Source: Leptolyngbyaceae cyanobacterium
GTDB taxonomy: Bacteria; Cyanobacteriota; Cyanobacteriia; Phormidesmidales; Phormidesmidaceae
Length of the DNA stretch: 64,000 nucleotides
Assembly (NCBI GenBank): GCA_965263355.1
Contig: CBDHHL010000056.1
Location: 2,467,867 to 2,531,866 of the forward strand
Reading direction: 5' to 3'
The translations under genes were made by a program, and so were the position numbers. The notes beneath the pieces were generated by a model. The model did not search any database, was not told the DNA's origin, and was given only the letters and a program-made list of their open reading frames with translations. The stretch's first letter is position 1; each line of letters opens with the position of its first letter. This document shows, in pieces, positions 11,108 through 22,900 of the stretch.

Positions 11108-13849
11108 TCAGTCCACAACAATACCCTGAAGTCTTTGAACTGCATACAGTTCCTCGTTTGAAAAACCTTGTTTTGTATAAAACTTACAGTTCTGGTATTG
11201 ATCTAGATCACTGACAGTTTTCCAAGTCTGCAAAATCTCTTCGACCTGAAGGTCCCAAATGCTAACGGTAGATTTATTCTGGCATAGAAGCTGCTGACCG
11301 TCATTACTGATAAAAAATTGCTCTGGCAGCTCTGGCAACGTAATCAACGCTAGTAACGACATCATTTCATTCCAAACCCAAACCGTGTGATCTATGTCAC
11401 ACAGGGCTAGATATCTTCCATTGTTACTGAAGGTCGCCTGGTAAGGTTGTCGAAGATTAGTATTCAATTCTTTGACCTTAAAGCTGATTGAATCTTCTGC
11501 CAATATTGGGTCAGTGACTGTAAAGCACCGCATGATGGCCTTATATAAGTGTTGATTGGACGCATCATCGGCTACAGTTTCAACTACATTTAGCTGATCC
11601 CCAAACCATTGAAACACTAAAAAATCTCCATAGGGGTTTAAAGGCAATGGAGCCTCAGCAATTGTGTAATCATTAGTCGATGTATTGTGGTACCAAATGA
11701 GTATCGAACTGTTGTTGTCATAGCCTGCCAAGATGCTAGCGTCTGGATTAAAAGCCAAGTGTCTGACAATATCATTGGCCTCACACAGGGATTCACCGAT
11801 TTCTTCGCCTAGCATTAAGTTCCAAAGCTGAATTTCTCGATTCCCCAGACCAATGGCCAGCAAATCATCCGTCAGGTCAACACTACAAATAGTGGCAATG
11901 CCAGATATATCGCTGTAGCATTGCTCTTTATGGGTCAGTGAATCCCAAATCACAATGCTTTGATCGATGAGAATCACGATTAACGTATTGCTATCAGTAA
12001 CTACGATTTGTTGAATTGGGATTTCCAGCTCATCACACCAGGCTAAAATAAATCGATTGTTAACCCACTGATAGACCTGTAAGAAACCCTGGGAGTCGCC
12101 AATGGCCATGGCGGTTTTATCGGGGTGTAGTGCGATCGCACATGACTCATAGGTCCCCATCATCAAGACAGCCTCTCGAAATCGACATCCCTGAAAATCG
12201 AGTCCTTGCAATCTAGATACTCTCAGATCAGCATGCCATAGGGTGAGGTTAGCCCAACTCACATCGGCGAGGGACAGCCCTAAGTAGGTCGCTAAATTAA
12301 ATAGATTACCGGCTGCATAGCTACGGGAGGAGACAGGTAATGTATGAAGCTGACTGATGAGGCGGCTAAATTTAGCGGCTAAATCCTCCGATAGAAACCG
12401 GTATTTAAGCGTGTTGGCAATCGGCACCAAAAGGTAGTTTTTAAGAGTTTCTTGCTGTTTGACAGAGACTGTGGGTAAAGATAATGGGTATATGTGAAAC
12501 AGTGTTAGGGTTTCGTCAATTAGCTCCTTTAAAAATATCTCTTTCAACTGTTGGAGTAAATAAAGGCCCAAATATGGCGGTGTGATTTGGCAGATCCCAT
12601 GCGTTTCTGAAAAGTACTCTAAAAGATGCCGCCGATGTAGCATATCCCAGGCTTGCACCAGCTGCGTATTCTTCAGGGTACTCACGGGTAACCAGGCCTG
12701 CACATCTAGCCAAGAAAGGGGACGCAACGCAAATAGATAGAGTAATGCCTGCTCTGCATCCGATAGCTCATCTGTAAGCCGCTCCAGATGTCTATCAGAC
12801 AGGAGGGGTAATGATGACAGATTGGCCGTAAACTGCTGAATTTGATTAGCATAAAATGATTTTAGAGTCTCAATACTCTTATGCAAAAGTGCAGGATTGC
12901 CGCCACACAGTTTGACCAGCTGTTTCCAATGAATCTCATGTTGAGCAAGCGAATCCCTAAGATAGGGATATTCCTGTGGCAACAGAGCACTGGCCTCGTC
13001 AAATGAAAGCCCTTGCAGCTTTTCAGTGGGAATTCGCCGATCAATGTCAGTAGGCTGAATAGCGCTCACCCAAAGTAAACAACTTTGATGATCAAGCGTT
13101 GTAGCAATCTCTCCAAAAAAGGCTTTATAGTCAGGATTATCTATAAACTGTTCACCATGCTCAACGATGAGTAGATAGCGATTTTGATTCAGGGTTCTCA
13201 ATACTTGCTGACGCATTTGAGAAACTGCACCAGGCATATCCTTATCAGAACCATTGAGAAAATCAATCAATCCCAGAGAAGATAAGGTTTGATACCATGT
13301 TTTCCAAGTTGGGATCTCATTGAGGGGATGATAGATGATCTCAGTAAAATGACCGTTCAGCACTAGAGGCAAATTATCTAATAAGTAGCTTTTGCCAATG
13401 CCCTTAGCCCCCGTTAAAACGATTGCTTGACAACCTGATTGAAGGGCACTAACCAAACGTAATAATGGTGTTTCTTGGGGATTACTATCAAGCTCGTCCA
13501 ACCTACCTGGGTTAAGGTCTTGGGAAATCGACTCAGGTGGACGATCTTGTTGTGTCCCATTTATCAATACATCTTGTTCTTTTTTCCAAAGACGTTCTAC
13601 GGTGCTTAGAAAATTAGTCTTAGTGATATTTTCCCCTGGCCATACCTGTTTAAGGAATTTCCAAAGCTGATACCCATAGACAGCACGCACTGTATTTTGG
13701 CTGTAGCCCATCTGAACTGCCATCTCCTTATAAGAAAGGCCTTCATAGCTCCAACGGATAATGCCTTTCTCAATCTCAGTCAAATGGCGATTAGCATAAT
13801 CAAAAACACAACGGTCAACGTAGTCTAAAACATCCTCTAGCTCCAACAT
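11108..13849 (-). CDS. HTH + NB-ARC/STAND-like NTPase + pentapeptide + WD40 repeat protein (divergent)
   Basis: N-terminal LTEIE..GLSYKEMA..GYQLWKFL HTH; Walker A GAKGIGKS; CGGNP; YAAGNLFNL followed by a pentapeptide tract; WD40-like C-terminus. Confidence 0.8.
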   Translation of the reverse strand: MLELEDVLDYVDRCVFDYANRHLTEIEKGIIRWSYEGLSYKEMAVQMGYSQNTVRAVYGYQLWKFLKQVWPGENITKTNFLSTVERLWKKEQDVLINGTQQDRPPESISQDLNPGRLDELDSNPQETPLLRLVSALQSGCQAIVLTGAKGIGKSYLLDNLPLVLNGHFTEIIYHPLNEIPTWKTWYQTLSSLGLIDFLNGSDKDMPGAVSQMRQQVLRTLNQNRYLLIVEHGEQFIDNPDYKAFFGEIATTLDHQSCLLWVSAIQPTDIDRRIPTEKLQGLSFDEASALLPQEYPYLRDSLAQHEIHWKQLVKLCGGNPALLHKSIETLKSFYANQIQQFTANLSSLPLLSDRHLERLTDELSDAEQALLYLFALRPLSWLDVQAWLPVSTLKNTQLVQAWDMLHRRHLLEYFSETHGICQITPPYLGLYLLQQLKEIFLKELIDETLTLFHIYPLSLPTVSVKQQETLKNYLLVPIANTLKYRFLSEDLAAKFSRLISQLHTLPVSSRSYAAGNLFNLATYLGLSLADVSWANLTLWHADLRVSRLQGLDFQGCRFREAVLMMGTYESCAIALHPDKTAMAIGDSQGFLQVYQWVNNRFILAWCDELEIPIQQIVVTDSNTLIVILIDQSIVIWDSLTHKEQCYSDISGIATICSVDLTDDLLAIGLGNREIQLWNLMLGEEIGESLCEANDIVRHLAFNPDASILAGYDNNSSILIWYHNTSTNDYTIAEAPLPLNPYGDFLVFQWFGDQLNVVETVADDASNQHLYKAIMRCFTVTDPILAEDSISFKVKELNTNLRQPYQATFSNNGRYLALCDIDHTVWVWNEMMSLLALITLPELPEQFFISNDGQQLLCQNKSTVSIWDLQVEEILQTWKTVSDLDQYQNCKFYTKQGFSNEELYAVQRLQGIVVD

Positions 13850-13911
13850 GGACTCCTCAATTTAGATAGACACACACAACCCTTCTCTATTAAGGAGTCT
13901 AACGTAATTTA

Positions 13912-14035
13912 TATGACTTTTTAAATGCCTATTATGACTTTTTAATATGACATTATGACTTTTTACGAAAGCAACTGGGTTGATTGCCGTAGTACGCCAT
14001 AAAAAGTCATAATGATGAGAATGACTTTTTATGAC
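13912..14035. promoter_or_regulatory. phased TATGACTTTTT repeat cluster (putative operator)
   Basis: ATGACTTTTT starts at 13913, 13934 and 13955 (21-bp period); inverted AAAAAGTCATAA at 14001-14012; a further copy at 14021. Confidence 0.6.
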
Positions 14036-14172
14036 TAGTTATCTTCAGAGGTCCTAAAATACCTGACAACTCTCAATACTTTAGAGGTTTCGGCTTAGAC
14101 TTTTCCTTTGGCAAGATAAGGCTACAAGGCATCAAATGATGTAGGTGCCGACATTACGCGAGGGATTGCACC

Positions 14173-14355
14173 ATGCCACTAGAAATGTTGATCGGTCTAA
14201 GTTTAAGCGGATTTTTGATTGTACTATTTAACCCATCGCCGCAACCTAAACCCAGCAAACCAACTAGAAAAACGATTGCAACTGTAGTACTGTCTGGCTC
14301 CACCGGAGAAATTGAAATTATCAAGGACTCCCAAGGGGCTGGCGCTAAGTCTTAG
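14173..14355 (+). CDS. small hypothetical protein with an N-terminal hydrophobic helix
   Basis: 60-aa ORF with a GAGGGA RBS-like sequence, divergent from the NB-ARC gene. Confidence 0.5.
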   Translation: MPLEMLIGLSLSGFLIVLFNPSPQPKPSKPTRKTIATVVLSGSTGEIEIIKDSQGAGAKS

Positions 14356-14443
14356 ACATAGTTAGTGCTGCAGCGTTGACGTCGAGCAACTGCATGCCAC
14401 AGTTAGTGTGAAGCTACAGGGTGTCTTACGGGCTGGTTACCGT

Positions 14444-15370
14444 TTAATGACTGACTTGCCGATTAACCAGTAGGACACCACAAAAAACAATAATTCCGCC
14501 TGCAAGAGATACCAGGGCTGGTGTCTCTTGCAACCATACCCAAGCAAGGAATAAGGCTGCAACGGGAATTAATGATAGATAACTGCCTGCCTGTGAAGCT
14601 GGCAGCTTAGACAAGACATAGGACCAGGCAATATATGCGATCGCACCTGGAAACAGTCCCATATAAACAACGGATAGCGTAGGACCCAGAGGGGCATGGA
14701 GCGCTGAGATGACTGCACGGGGTGCAACGAGTATCAAAAATAGGGTACCTGCCCAGATGGCATAGGCTGTAAATTGAATGGCAGTATAGCGTTGTAGCAG
14801 TGGTTTTTGAATAACCGAGTAGACGCTAATGCACAGTGTGGCCATAAACACTAGCAATGCCCCAAAAGACAACTGCAACCCAGCGCTACTAGCAAAAGAA
14901 ATAACCGCCACACCAACGACACAGAGACCAATGCCAAACCATCCTGGCATCGATAGTTTTTCACCATTCAAGAGCCTTGCCAGCAGGGCAATAATGCCAA
15001 TTTCCGACGAAATAATAAAGCTAGCCATGCCGGCAGAAATTGTCAGTTCCCCTGCATTCAAAAATACGTTGTAGAGTGTAAACCCCGTCAAACCGCAGAT
15101 ACTAATCAATGGCCAGTCCTGCCGTCGTGGCAAAGGCATACGTTTAACTAGCGCATAAATTAAAAGCAGTATCGATGCGACAAGATAGCGCAGAGTAGCT
15201 ACCTCTACGGGACTATAGGCGTTTAAGGCAACCCGAATAGCAGGAAAGGCAGATGCCCAAAGCAAAATTGCGCTAAATAGGGCAACCATAACTAATGGTT
15301 TAGGTCGCTGTGCAGGCTGGTAGGCTTGGGGACGAGGGTTAGCGTGATAGAGCGGCTGGGATAACACCAT
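14444..15370 (-). CDS. DMT/EamA family transporter
   Basis: About 10 TM segments; LWASAFP, two EamA halves. Confidence 0.9.
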   Translation of the reverse strand: MVLSQPLYHANPRPQAYQPAQRPKPLVMVALFSAILLWASAFPAIRVALNAYSPVEVATLRYLVASILLLIYALVKRMPLPRRQDWPLISICGLTGFTLYNVFLNAGELTISAGMASFIISSEIGIIALLARLLNGEKLSMPGWFGIGLCVVGVAVISFASSAGLQLSFGALLVFMATLCISVYSVIQKPLLQRYTAIQFTAYAIWAGTLFLILVAPRAVISALHAPLGPTLSVVYMGLFPGAIAYIAWSYVLSKLPASQAGSYLSLIPVAALFLAWVWLQETPALVSLAGGIIVFCGVLLVNRQVSH

Positions 15371-15600
15371 AACGTTGCGTAGGCTGAATAGCAGTAGCTT
15401 AAAGGCAGGTTAACCTACGGAGCAATCTATAAAACTCATCACATCCTTATGACGTTTCGATTTACAAGATGTGATGTTAGTAAAATGCACGTCAATTTAA
15501 TTATTGATTTTATGAAGCTGGGTAAAATACATAATTGCGGCATTCTATTGTGAATCCGTAATCATCCAATATACCTAGCGTTAGCGTTTGGAATAGCAGC

Positions 15601-18600
15601 ATGCTTTTATCCAGGCTTAGCTCATCAGTATGCCCAGTAGTTCTAGCGGCTTTAGGGCTATTGCCCCTGCCAGCCCAAGCGCAAATTATTCCCGATCAGA
15701 CGCTTGGCGCAGAAGCCTCTAGCGTAGTTAATGATCAACAGATTCGCGGCGACAATGCTGAGCTGATTGAAGACGGTGCTACCCGTGGCGACAATTTATT
15801 TCATAGCTTTAGTGAGTTCAATGTCAACTCTGGCCAGCGGGTGTATTTTTTTAATCCGGTTGGCATTGAGTCTATTTTGAGTCGGGTAACGGGGGAGAAT
15901 CCGTCGGCAATCAATGGCACGTTGGGGGTAGATGGCCCTGCCAGTTTGTTTTTGATCAACCCGAATGGTCTGGTATTTGGTGAGGCTGCCGTATTAGATG
16001 TGACGGGTTCTTTTTATGGCACAACTGCAGAGGCGGTTACCATCGGCAATGGGGTATTTAGTGCAGTGGACCCAGGCCAGAGTCAATTGTTAGCGGTGAG
16101 TCCTAGCATATCGTTTTGGAATTATTTGACAGATACGTCAGGGGAGGTAGTCAATCGAGGGGCCTTAGCCATTGGGGGCGACCTGATTTTGGCTGGGAAT
16201 CGATTAGATTTGCAAGGTCAGGTAGCCGCTGCAGGTGACGTATCGTTGTTAGCAACTGATACAGTACAGATTCGCGATACGGCTGAAATTCCTTTTATCA
16301 GTTTTGCCGGAGACAACCTGTTGGTGCAGGGCAATCAGCAGGTTGATATTGTGGCGCTGAGTCATCCGGAGAGTGGATTGTTCTCAAATGGCAATATGGT
16401 ACTGCGCTCAGCCAGTCAGGTGGGTGGAGATGCCCATTATTTAAGCGGTGGAGACTTTCGGATAGAGCAGTTGGATGGAAGTGATGGGGAGTTATTTAGT
16501 CCCATTGATCCAATTATTCGAGCCCTGGGAGATGTCACAATTGGGACCTACGTGGGCTCATCATTACATATTTTAGCTGGTGGCGCTGTTTCTATCGGCA
16601 CTGCCTTAATTACTGCAGCAGAGGGCACAGACATTGGCATCGACTTTCTCCAAGAAACGATCACATTGTCAGATGGCACCATTGTTGAGATTGATGGAAA
16701 TGCTCAGCCTACGCTAGATGTTCGCGCTGGAGTACGACCAGATGCCCTGGGTACTCCTCCATTAGACCTCTTAACTGGATTTGATAACTTGATAGATTTT
16801 TTCTCCAATGATTCTGTTGCCGAGGAAACACCGACTAGTGCCAATATTACAATTGGTGATGCATCACTGGGGGTGGCAAATGGTGTGGTGCTGCTAACAA
16901 ATCAATATGAACCTAATCTAGAGTTACCTGGCGAAAATATAGTTGTTACAGGTAATGGCGCAATTGGTTTTGGTATTAATGCAACGAATTTTGGCGGTGT
17001 TGGTGGCGCTGTTTACTTAGATGCCCGTAACAATGTTGAGGTTCTCAATAGCGCCATTGCTGCAACAGCGTTAGAAGATATTAAAGATGTTGTGATTGTA
17101 GCTAGTGAAACAGTCACTTTTGATGGTCTGGATGGTACCCGTCTTACGGGAGCTTTTAGTGAACTTGGCCCTAACGGAACGGGTGACGGCGGTAATGTAC
17201 GTATTACTGCGCGCAATCTTGAGGTACTTGGGGGGGCACAGTTAGGTGCTAATACCTTTGGTGAGGGAAATGCTGGCAGCGTAATTTTAGATATCGCAGA
17301 AACTGCTCGGTTTGAAGGCAGTAATCCTATCGATGGGGTGAACAGTGGTGCCTTTAGTCGCGTAGCCTCTGATGGGATTGGTACCGGTGGTGATGTGCGT
17401 ATTACTGCTCGCAATCTTGAGGTGCTTGGGGGTGCTGAGTTGTCTACCAGTTCGTTGGGTGATGGCTCCGCAGGTAGCGTCATTCTAGATATCGCAGAAA
17501 CTGCTCGGTTTGAAGGTGTTGATCCAATAGACGAGTTGGCCAGTGGAGTATTTAGTAGCATTGAAGCTACTGGCACTGGTACCGGTGGTGATGTGCGTAT
17601 CATGGCACGTAATCTTGAGGTGCTTGACGGTGCCCAGCTAAATGCCGGTACCTTTGGTGAAGGCGATGCTGGCAATGTCATTCTTGTCATAGAAGAAACC
17701 GCTAAATTTGAGGGGCGTAACCCCCTAGACGGCAGCCCTAATGGAGCCTTTAGTAGTGTTGGCCTTACTGGTATTGGTACCGGTGGTGATGTACGTGTAA
17801 CTGCTCGCAATCTTGAGGTGCTTGAGGGTGCACGCCTGATTGCCGGTAGCTTTGGTATGGGCAATGCCGGCAATGTGACTTTAGTGATAGAAGAAGCTGC
17901 TCGATTTGCGGGAAGTAGTCCTATCAACGGAGTTTCTAGTGGAGCCTTTAGTAATGTTGAGCCTACTGGCATTGGTACCGGTGGTGATGTGCGTGTGACT
18001 GCCCGTAGTCTTCAGGTACTTGAAGGTGCCCAGATCGGTGCTAATACTTTTGGTGTAGGCAATGCGGGCAATGTCATTCTGAATATTGAAGAAACAGCTC
18101 GCTTGGATGGTGTAAATGCAGTAACTGATGTTGTTAGTGCGGTAGGAAGTAGCGTCCAGTCTGGCGGTGTAGGCCGTGGGGGTAATATTGAAGTAACCGC
18201 TAGAGATTTAGAGGTCACCAATGGAGCACAGTTGAATGCTGCTACTTTTGGTACAGGCGATGCGGGTAATGTCATTTTGGTGATAGAAGAAACTGCCAGG
18301 ATTGATGGAACGGATGCAGCCACTGAAAGTTTTAGTGCAGTAGGGAGTGGTGTTCAGCCCGGGGGGATAGGCCGTGGCGGTAATGTTGAAGTAACCGCTA
18401 GAAATTTAGAATTAGCGAATGGAGCACAAATCAGTTCAGAAACCTTTGGTGAAGGTAATGCGGGCAATGTGATTCTTGACATTGAAGAAACTGCTCGCTT
18501 GGATGGGAGAAATTCTGTAACAGGACTTCTCCCTACTGGTATACGCAGCAGTGTGACTGATGCAGGTAGAGGTCGCGGGGGAGATATTGAAATAAACACT

Positions 18601-19767
18601 CGAAATTTAGAAGTACTCAATGGCGCGCAAATCAGTGTGGAAACTTTTGGTGAAGGTGATGCAGGCAGTATTCGTCTCAATGTAGAAGAGACGGCTCGTT
18701 TTGATGGGGAGAATCTAGAGGGATTCAGTTCAGAAGTAGCGAGCAGTGTCAGTGTAGGAGGTATGGGTCGAGGTGGTGATATTGAAGTAACGGCTAGAAA
18801 TCTAGATGTAACTAACGGTGCAAGAATCAATGCTTCAACTTTGAGCGAAGGTGATGCAGGTAATATTCGTCTTAACGTAGAAGAAACTATTCGTTTTGAT
18901 GGGCTAGACTCTACAACCGGTTCAATTAATACTACTTTTGCGGGCAGTTTTGTAGCACCAGGCGCTACGGGTAATGGTGGTGATATTGAAGTGACGGCCA
19001 CCAATCTTCAACTTGCCAATGGCTCAGGATTTTTGACAGTGAGTGATGGTGATGGAAATGCAGGTAATGTAATACTTGCTATTCGCGATCGCATACAATT
19101 CCAAGATAGTTCCATTGCTACCAATTCAGAATTCAATGCGGGCGGACAAGTGCAAATTGAAGCAGGCAACATTTTTCTCTTTGGTGATAGCGATATCCAA
19201 ACCTTTGTTAACTCTGGTGCCAATAATGGTGGCAACATTACCATCAACGCCAATGCCCTTGTTGCCTTCGACGATAGTGATATTCTCGCCTTTGCGGCTG
19301 ACGGTCGCGGCGGCGATGTAGATCTCAGTCAAACTGCCTTCTTTGGCCAAGACTTTTCCTTTGCCCCCCCTGGCACCGATCCTCGTACTCTAGATGCTAA
19401 TGACCGGGTCGATATTAACGCTACAGGTCGTCTAGCCTCCGGCACAATCTCCCTGGCCGATGTTAGCTTTATCCAAGATAGCTTGACCGAATTACCCGAC
19501 AATCTGATCAATCCTGAAGCACTGGTCGCCAATAGCTGTATTGCTCGAAGGCGTAATACAGACAGTAATTTGATGATCACAGGCAGTGATGGTCTGCCTG
19601 TACAGCCCAATCGTCTGCAATCGTCCTATGAATTAGGTGAAATTCGCTCGTTTACAGAACCTAGCTCGGAAGAGGCTCATAGCCCAATCACTGAACCACA
19701 CAGTACCTATCGATTAGCAGATGGACGACTCGTACTAGGCCGTGAATGTGAGGCTGATCATGAGTAA
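15601..19767 (+). CDS. filamentous haemagglutinin N-terminal (TPS) domain protein, S-layer-like
   Basis: Signal peptide (AQAQIIPD), NLFHSFSEFN, NPNG, about 58-aa beta-helix repeats, YRLADGRLVLGREC C-terminus. Confidence 0.9.
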   Translation: MLLSRLSSSVCPVVLAALGLLPLPAQAQIIPDQTLGAEASSVVNDQQIRGDNAELIEDGATRGDNLFHSFSEFNVNSGQRVYFFNPVGIESILSRVTGENPSAINGTLGVDGPASLFLINPNGLVFGEAAVLDVTGSFYGTTAEAVTIGNGVFSAVDPGQSQLLAVSPSISFWNYLTDTSGEVVNRGALAIGGDLILAGNRLDLQGQVAAAGDVSLLATDTVQIRDTAEIPFISFAGDNLLVQGNQQVDIVALSHPESGLFSNGNMVLRSASQVGGDAHYLSGGDFRIEQLDGSDGELFSPIDPIIRALGDVTIGTYVGSSLHILAGGAVSIGTALITAAEGTDIGIDFLQETITLSDGTIVEIDGNAQPTLDVRAGVRPDALGTPPLDLLTGFDNLIDFFSNDSVAEETPTSANITIGDASLGVANGVVLLTNQYEPNLELPGENIVVTGNGAIGFGINATNFGGVGGAVYLDARNNVEVLNSAIAATALEDIKDVVIVASETVTFDGLDGTRLTGAFSELGPNGTGDGGNVRITARNLEVLGGAQLGANTFGEGNAGSVILDIAETARFEGSNPIDGVNSGAFSRVASDGIGTGGDVRITARNLEVLGGAELSTSSLGDGSAGSVILDIAETARFEGVDPIDELASGVFSSIEATGTGTGGDVRIMARNLEVLDGAQLNAGTFGEGDAGNVILVIEETAKFEGRNPLDGSPNGAFSSVGLTGIGTGGDVRVTARNLEVLEGARLIAGSFGMGNAGNVTLVIEEAARFAGSSPINGVSSGAFSNVEPTGIGTGGDVRVTARSLQVLEGAQIGANTFGVGNAGNVILNIEETARLDGVNAVTDVVSAVGSSVQSGGVGRGGNIEVTARDLEVTNGAQLNAATFGTGDAGNVILVIEETARIDGTDAATESFSAVGSGVQPGGIGRGGNVEVTARNLELANGAQISSETFGEGNAGNVILDIEETARLDGRNSVTGLLPTGIRSSVTDAGRGRGGDIEINTRNLEVLNGAQISVETFGEGDAGSIRLNVEETARFDGENLEGFSSEVASSVSVGGMGRGGDIEVTARNLDVTNGARINASTLSEGDAGNIRLNVEETIRFDGLDSTTGSINTTFAGSFVAPGATGNGGDIEVTATNLQLANGSGFLTVSDGDGNAGNVILAIRDRIQFQDSSIATNSEFNAGGQVQIEAGNIFLFGDSDIQTFVNSGANNGGNITINANALVAFDDSDILAFAADGRGGDVDLSQTAFFGQDFSFAPPGTDPRTLDANDRVDINATGRLASGTISLADVSFIQDSLTELPDNLINPEALVANSCIARRRNTDSNLMITGSDGLPVQPNRLQSSYELGEIRSFTEPSSEEAHSPITEPHSTYRLADGRLVLGRECEADHE

Positions 19768-19955
19768 TGTCCATTGCTAAACTATACCCACTAGTATGAC
19801 CATATGCATTTTTGATTAACAGTATGTAGCTTTAGGGCAACGTACGTCTATTCAATAACTGATGCTACAGGGCTGCTTAGAATTTATAGTTCCAAAATCC
19901 TACAGTGAACGTTTGATAATTAGAAATGTCTAGCATTAGCATTTGGCATAGCACC

Positions 19956-22900
19956 ATGCTTTTATCCAGGCTCAGCTCACAGATATGCACGATACTTTTA
20001 GTGCCTATAGGGCTTCTTCCCCTGTCAGCCCAAGCACAAATTATTCCAGATCAAACGCTGGGCTCAGAAACCTCTAATATAGTTAACGACCAGCTAATTC
20101 GAGGAGATCGTGCCGACTTAATTGAAGACGGTGCTACCCGTGGCGACAATTTATTTCATAGCTTTAGTGAGTTCAATGTCAACTCTGGCCAGCGGGTGTA
20201 TTTTTTTAATCCGGTTGGCATTGAGTCTATTTTGAGTCGGGTAACGGGGGAGAATCCGTCGGCAATCAATGGCACGTTGGGGGTAGATGGCCCTGCCAGT
20301 TTGTTTTTGATCAACCCGAATGGTCTGGTATTTGGTGAGGCTGCCGTATTAGATGTGACGGGTTCTTTTTATGGCACAACTGCAGAGGCGGTTACCATCG
20401 GCAATGGGGTATTTAGTGCAGTGGACCCAGGCCAGAGTCAATTGTTAGCGGTGAGTCCTAGCATATCGTTTTGGAATTATTTGACAGATACGTCAGGGGA
20501 GGTAGTCAATCGAGGGGCCTTAGCCATTGGGGGCGACCTGATTTTGGCTGGGAATCGATTAGATTTGCAAGGTCAGGTAGCCGCTGCAGGTGACGTATCG
20601 TTGTTAGCAACTGATACAGTACAGATTCGCGATACGGCTGAAGTTCCTTTTATCGGCTTTGCCGGGGGCGATCTGTTGGTGCAGGGCAATCAGCAGGTTG
20701 ATATTGTGGCGCTGAGTCATCCGGAGAGTGGATTGTTCTCAAATGGCAATATGGTACTGCGCTCAGCCAGTCAGGTGGGTGGAGATGCCCATTATTTAAG
20801 CGGTGGAGACTTTCGGATAGAGCAGTTGGATGGAAGTAATGGGGAGTTATTTAGTCCCATTGATCCAATTATTCGAGCCCTGGGAGATGTGACGATTGGA
20901 GCATACATCGGTGGCTCACTACATATTATTGCGGGAGGCTCTGTCAGGATTGATGCAGTCATTATTAATGCAGTGGATCCAGGTAGCCTTAGCATTGATT
21001 TTTTACAAGAGAATATTGAGTTGTCAGATGGCACAGTTGTGTCTATTGATGGAGGAACTCAGCCGACATTAGATGTGAGAGCAGGCGTTTTACCAGAAAG
21101 CATAGGTAATCCTCCACTGGAAATGGTAACGGGCTTGAATCCCTTGACAGATAGTCTTTTTATGTTGGATTTAACCGATAGTCCATCTAATGCCAATATT
21201 GAGATTGGTGATGTTTTTATAGATGCCTCTGATGGTCTAGTTCTTCTAACCAATCAGTATTCTCCAAACACTTTGCTAAACGGCGATATCTTAATTGAAA
21301 CTAGGCAACTAGATTTTGGAGGAGTCGTTGCAGGTGATCTCTCAACCGTTGGTGGCCAGATCATTTTTGATTCTCGAAATAACATCAATGTTGTTGATAG
21401 TTTAATTGCAACATCTTCAGTGAATTTAGACGGTGGTGGCATTACTCTGTTAGCTGAAAATGATATTGCTCTGGAGAGTCCTCAAAATAAAATAACAGGG
21501 TTATTAAGTACTATCCCCCCTGATGTAACTAGCATGGGGGGTAGCATACGGATTAATGCACAAAATTTAGAACTGCGAGATGGTTCCGCCATCTCCACAG
21601 AGATATTTGGCAATGGCCCAGCAGGGAATGTCATTCTCAATATTGAAGGAGCCGCCAGTTTTGATGGGGTGAATTTAGTAACTGGGGCTATTGGAGGTAT
21701 TTCCAGTGTCATCAGGCCAGGTAGTTCAGGTCTTGGAGGCAAGATTGAATTAACCGCTAGCAATTTGGAAGTAACGAATGGGGCACAACTAAATGCATCA
21801 ACCTTTGGTGAAGGTAATGCAGGGAATGTGATTCTGAATATTAGTGAAACCGCACGCTTTGATGGGGTGGATGCAGTCACTGGCATATTCAGTGGTGCAG
21901 GAAGCAGTGTTTTGCTTGGCGGTGTCGGTCGTGGCGGTAATGTTGAAGTAAACGCTAGAAATTTGGAAGTGGCTAATGGTGCACAGCTGATTGCATCAAC
22001 CTTTAACGAGGGCGATGCTGGTAGTGTGCTCCTCAATATTGAAGAAACGGCACGCTTTAGTGGAGTGGATGCAGTAACTGGAGCTGTTAGTGGTGCAGGG
22101 AGCGGTGTAGAGGCTGACGGCATTGGTCGTGGCGGTAATGTTGAAGTAAACGCTAGAGATTTACAAGTAACTGGTGGGGCATTGTTGTTTACATCAACTG
22201 CTGGCGAGGGTGATTCAGGCAACGTGATTCTTAATATTGAAGAGACTGCTCGTTTTGAGGGGGTGTCTTCAGTTACTGGAGTAGGAGGCGGAGTAAGAAG
22301 TAGTGTAGAGCCTAGTGGTATCGGTCGTGGAGGTAATATTGAAGTAACCGCTGGCAATTTGGATGTAACCAATGGAGCACAGTTGCTTGCATCAACCTTT
22401 GGTCAGGGAAACGCGGGCAATGTTGTACTTGATATTGAAGAAACAGCAAACTTTGATGGGATTAACCCTTTAACAGGTCTTAGCCCTACTGGTGTTGGGA
22501 GTAACATTGAGCTTGGCGGTATCGGACGTGGAGGCAATATTGAAGTAACCGCTGGCAATCTGAACGTAACCAATGGAGCACAGCTGCTTGCATCAACCTT
22601 TGGTCAGGGAAATGCGGGCAATGTTGTACTTGATATTAGAGAAACGGCTCGCTTTGATGGTGTAGATGCAGTAAACGGAATTGTGAGTGGTACAGGAAGT
22701 AGCGTTGAAGCTGAAGGGGTAGGTCGTGGCGGTGATATTGAATTAACTGCTAGAAATCTAGAAGTAAGCAATGGCGCACAACTCCTGGCATCGACTTTTG
22801 GAGAAGGCGATGCAGGTAATGTAATTCTGAATATTGAGGAGATTTCTCGTTTTGATGGGGTATCTCCAGTGACTGGTATTGGCAGTGGTGCAAGGAGTAG

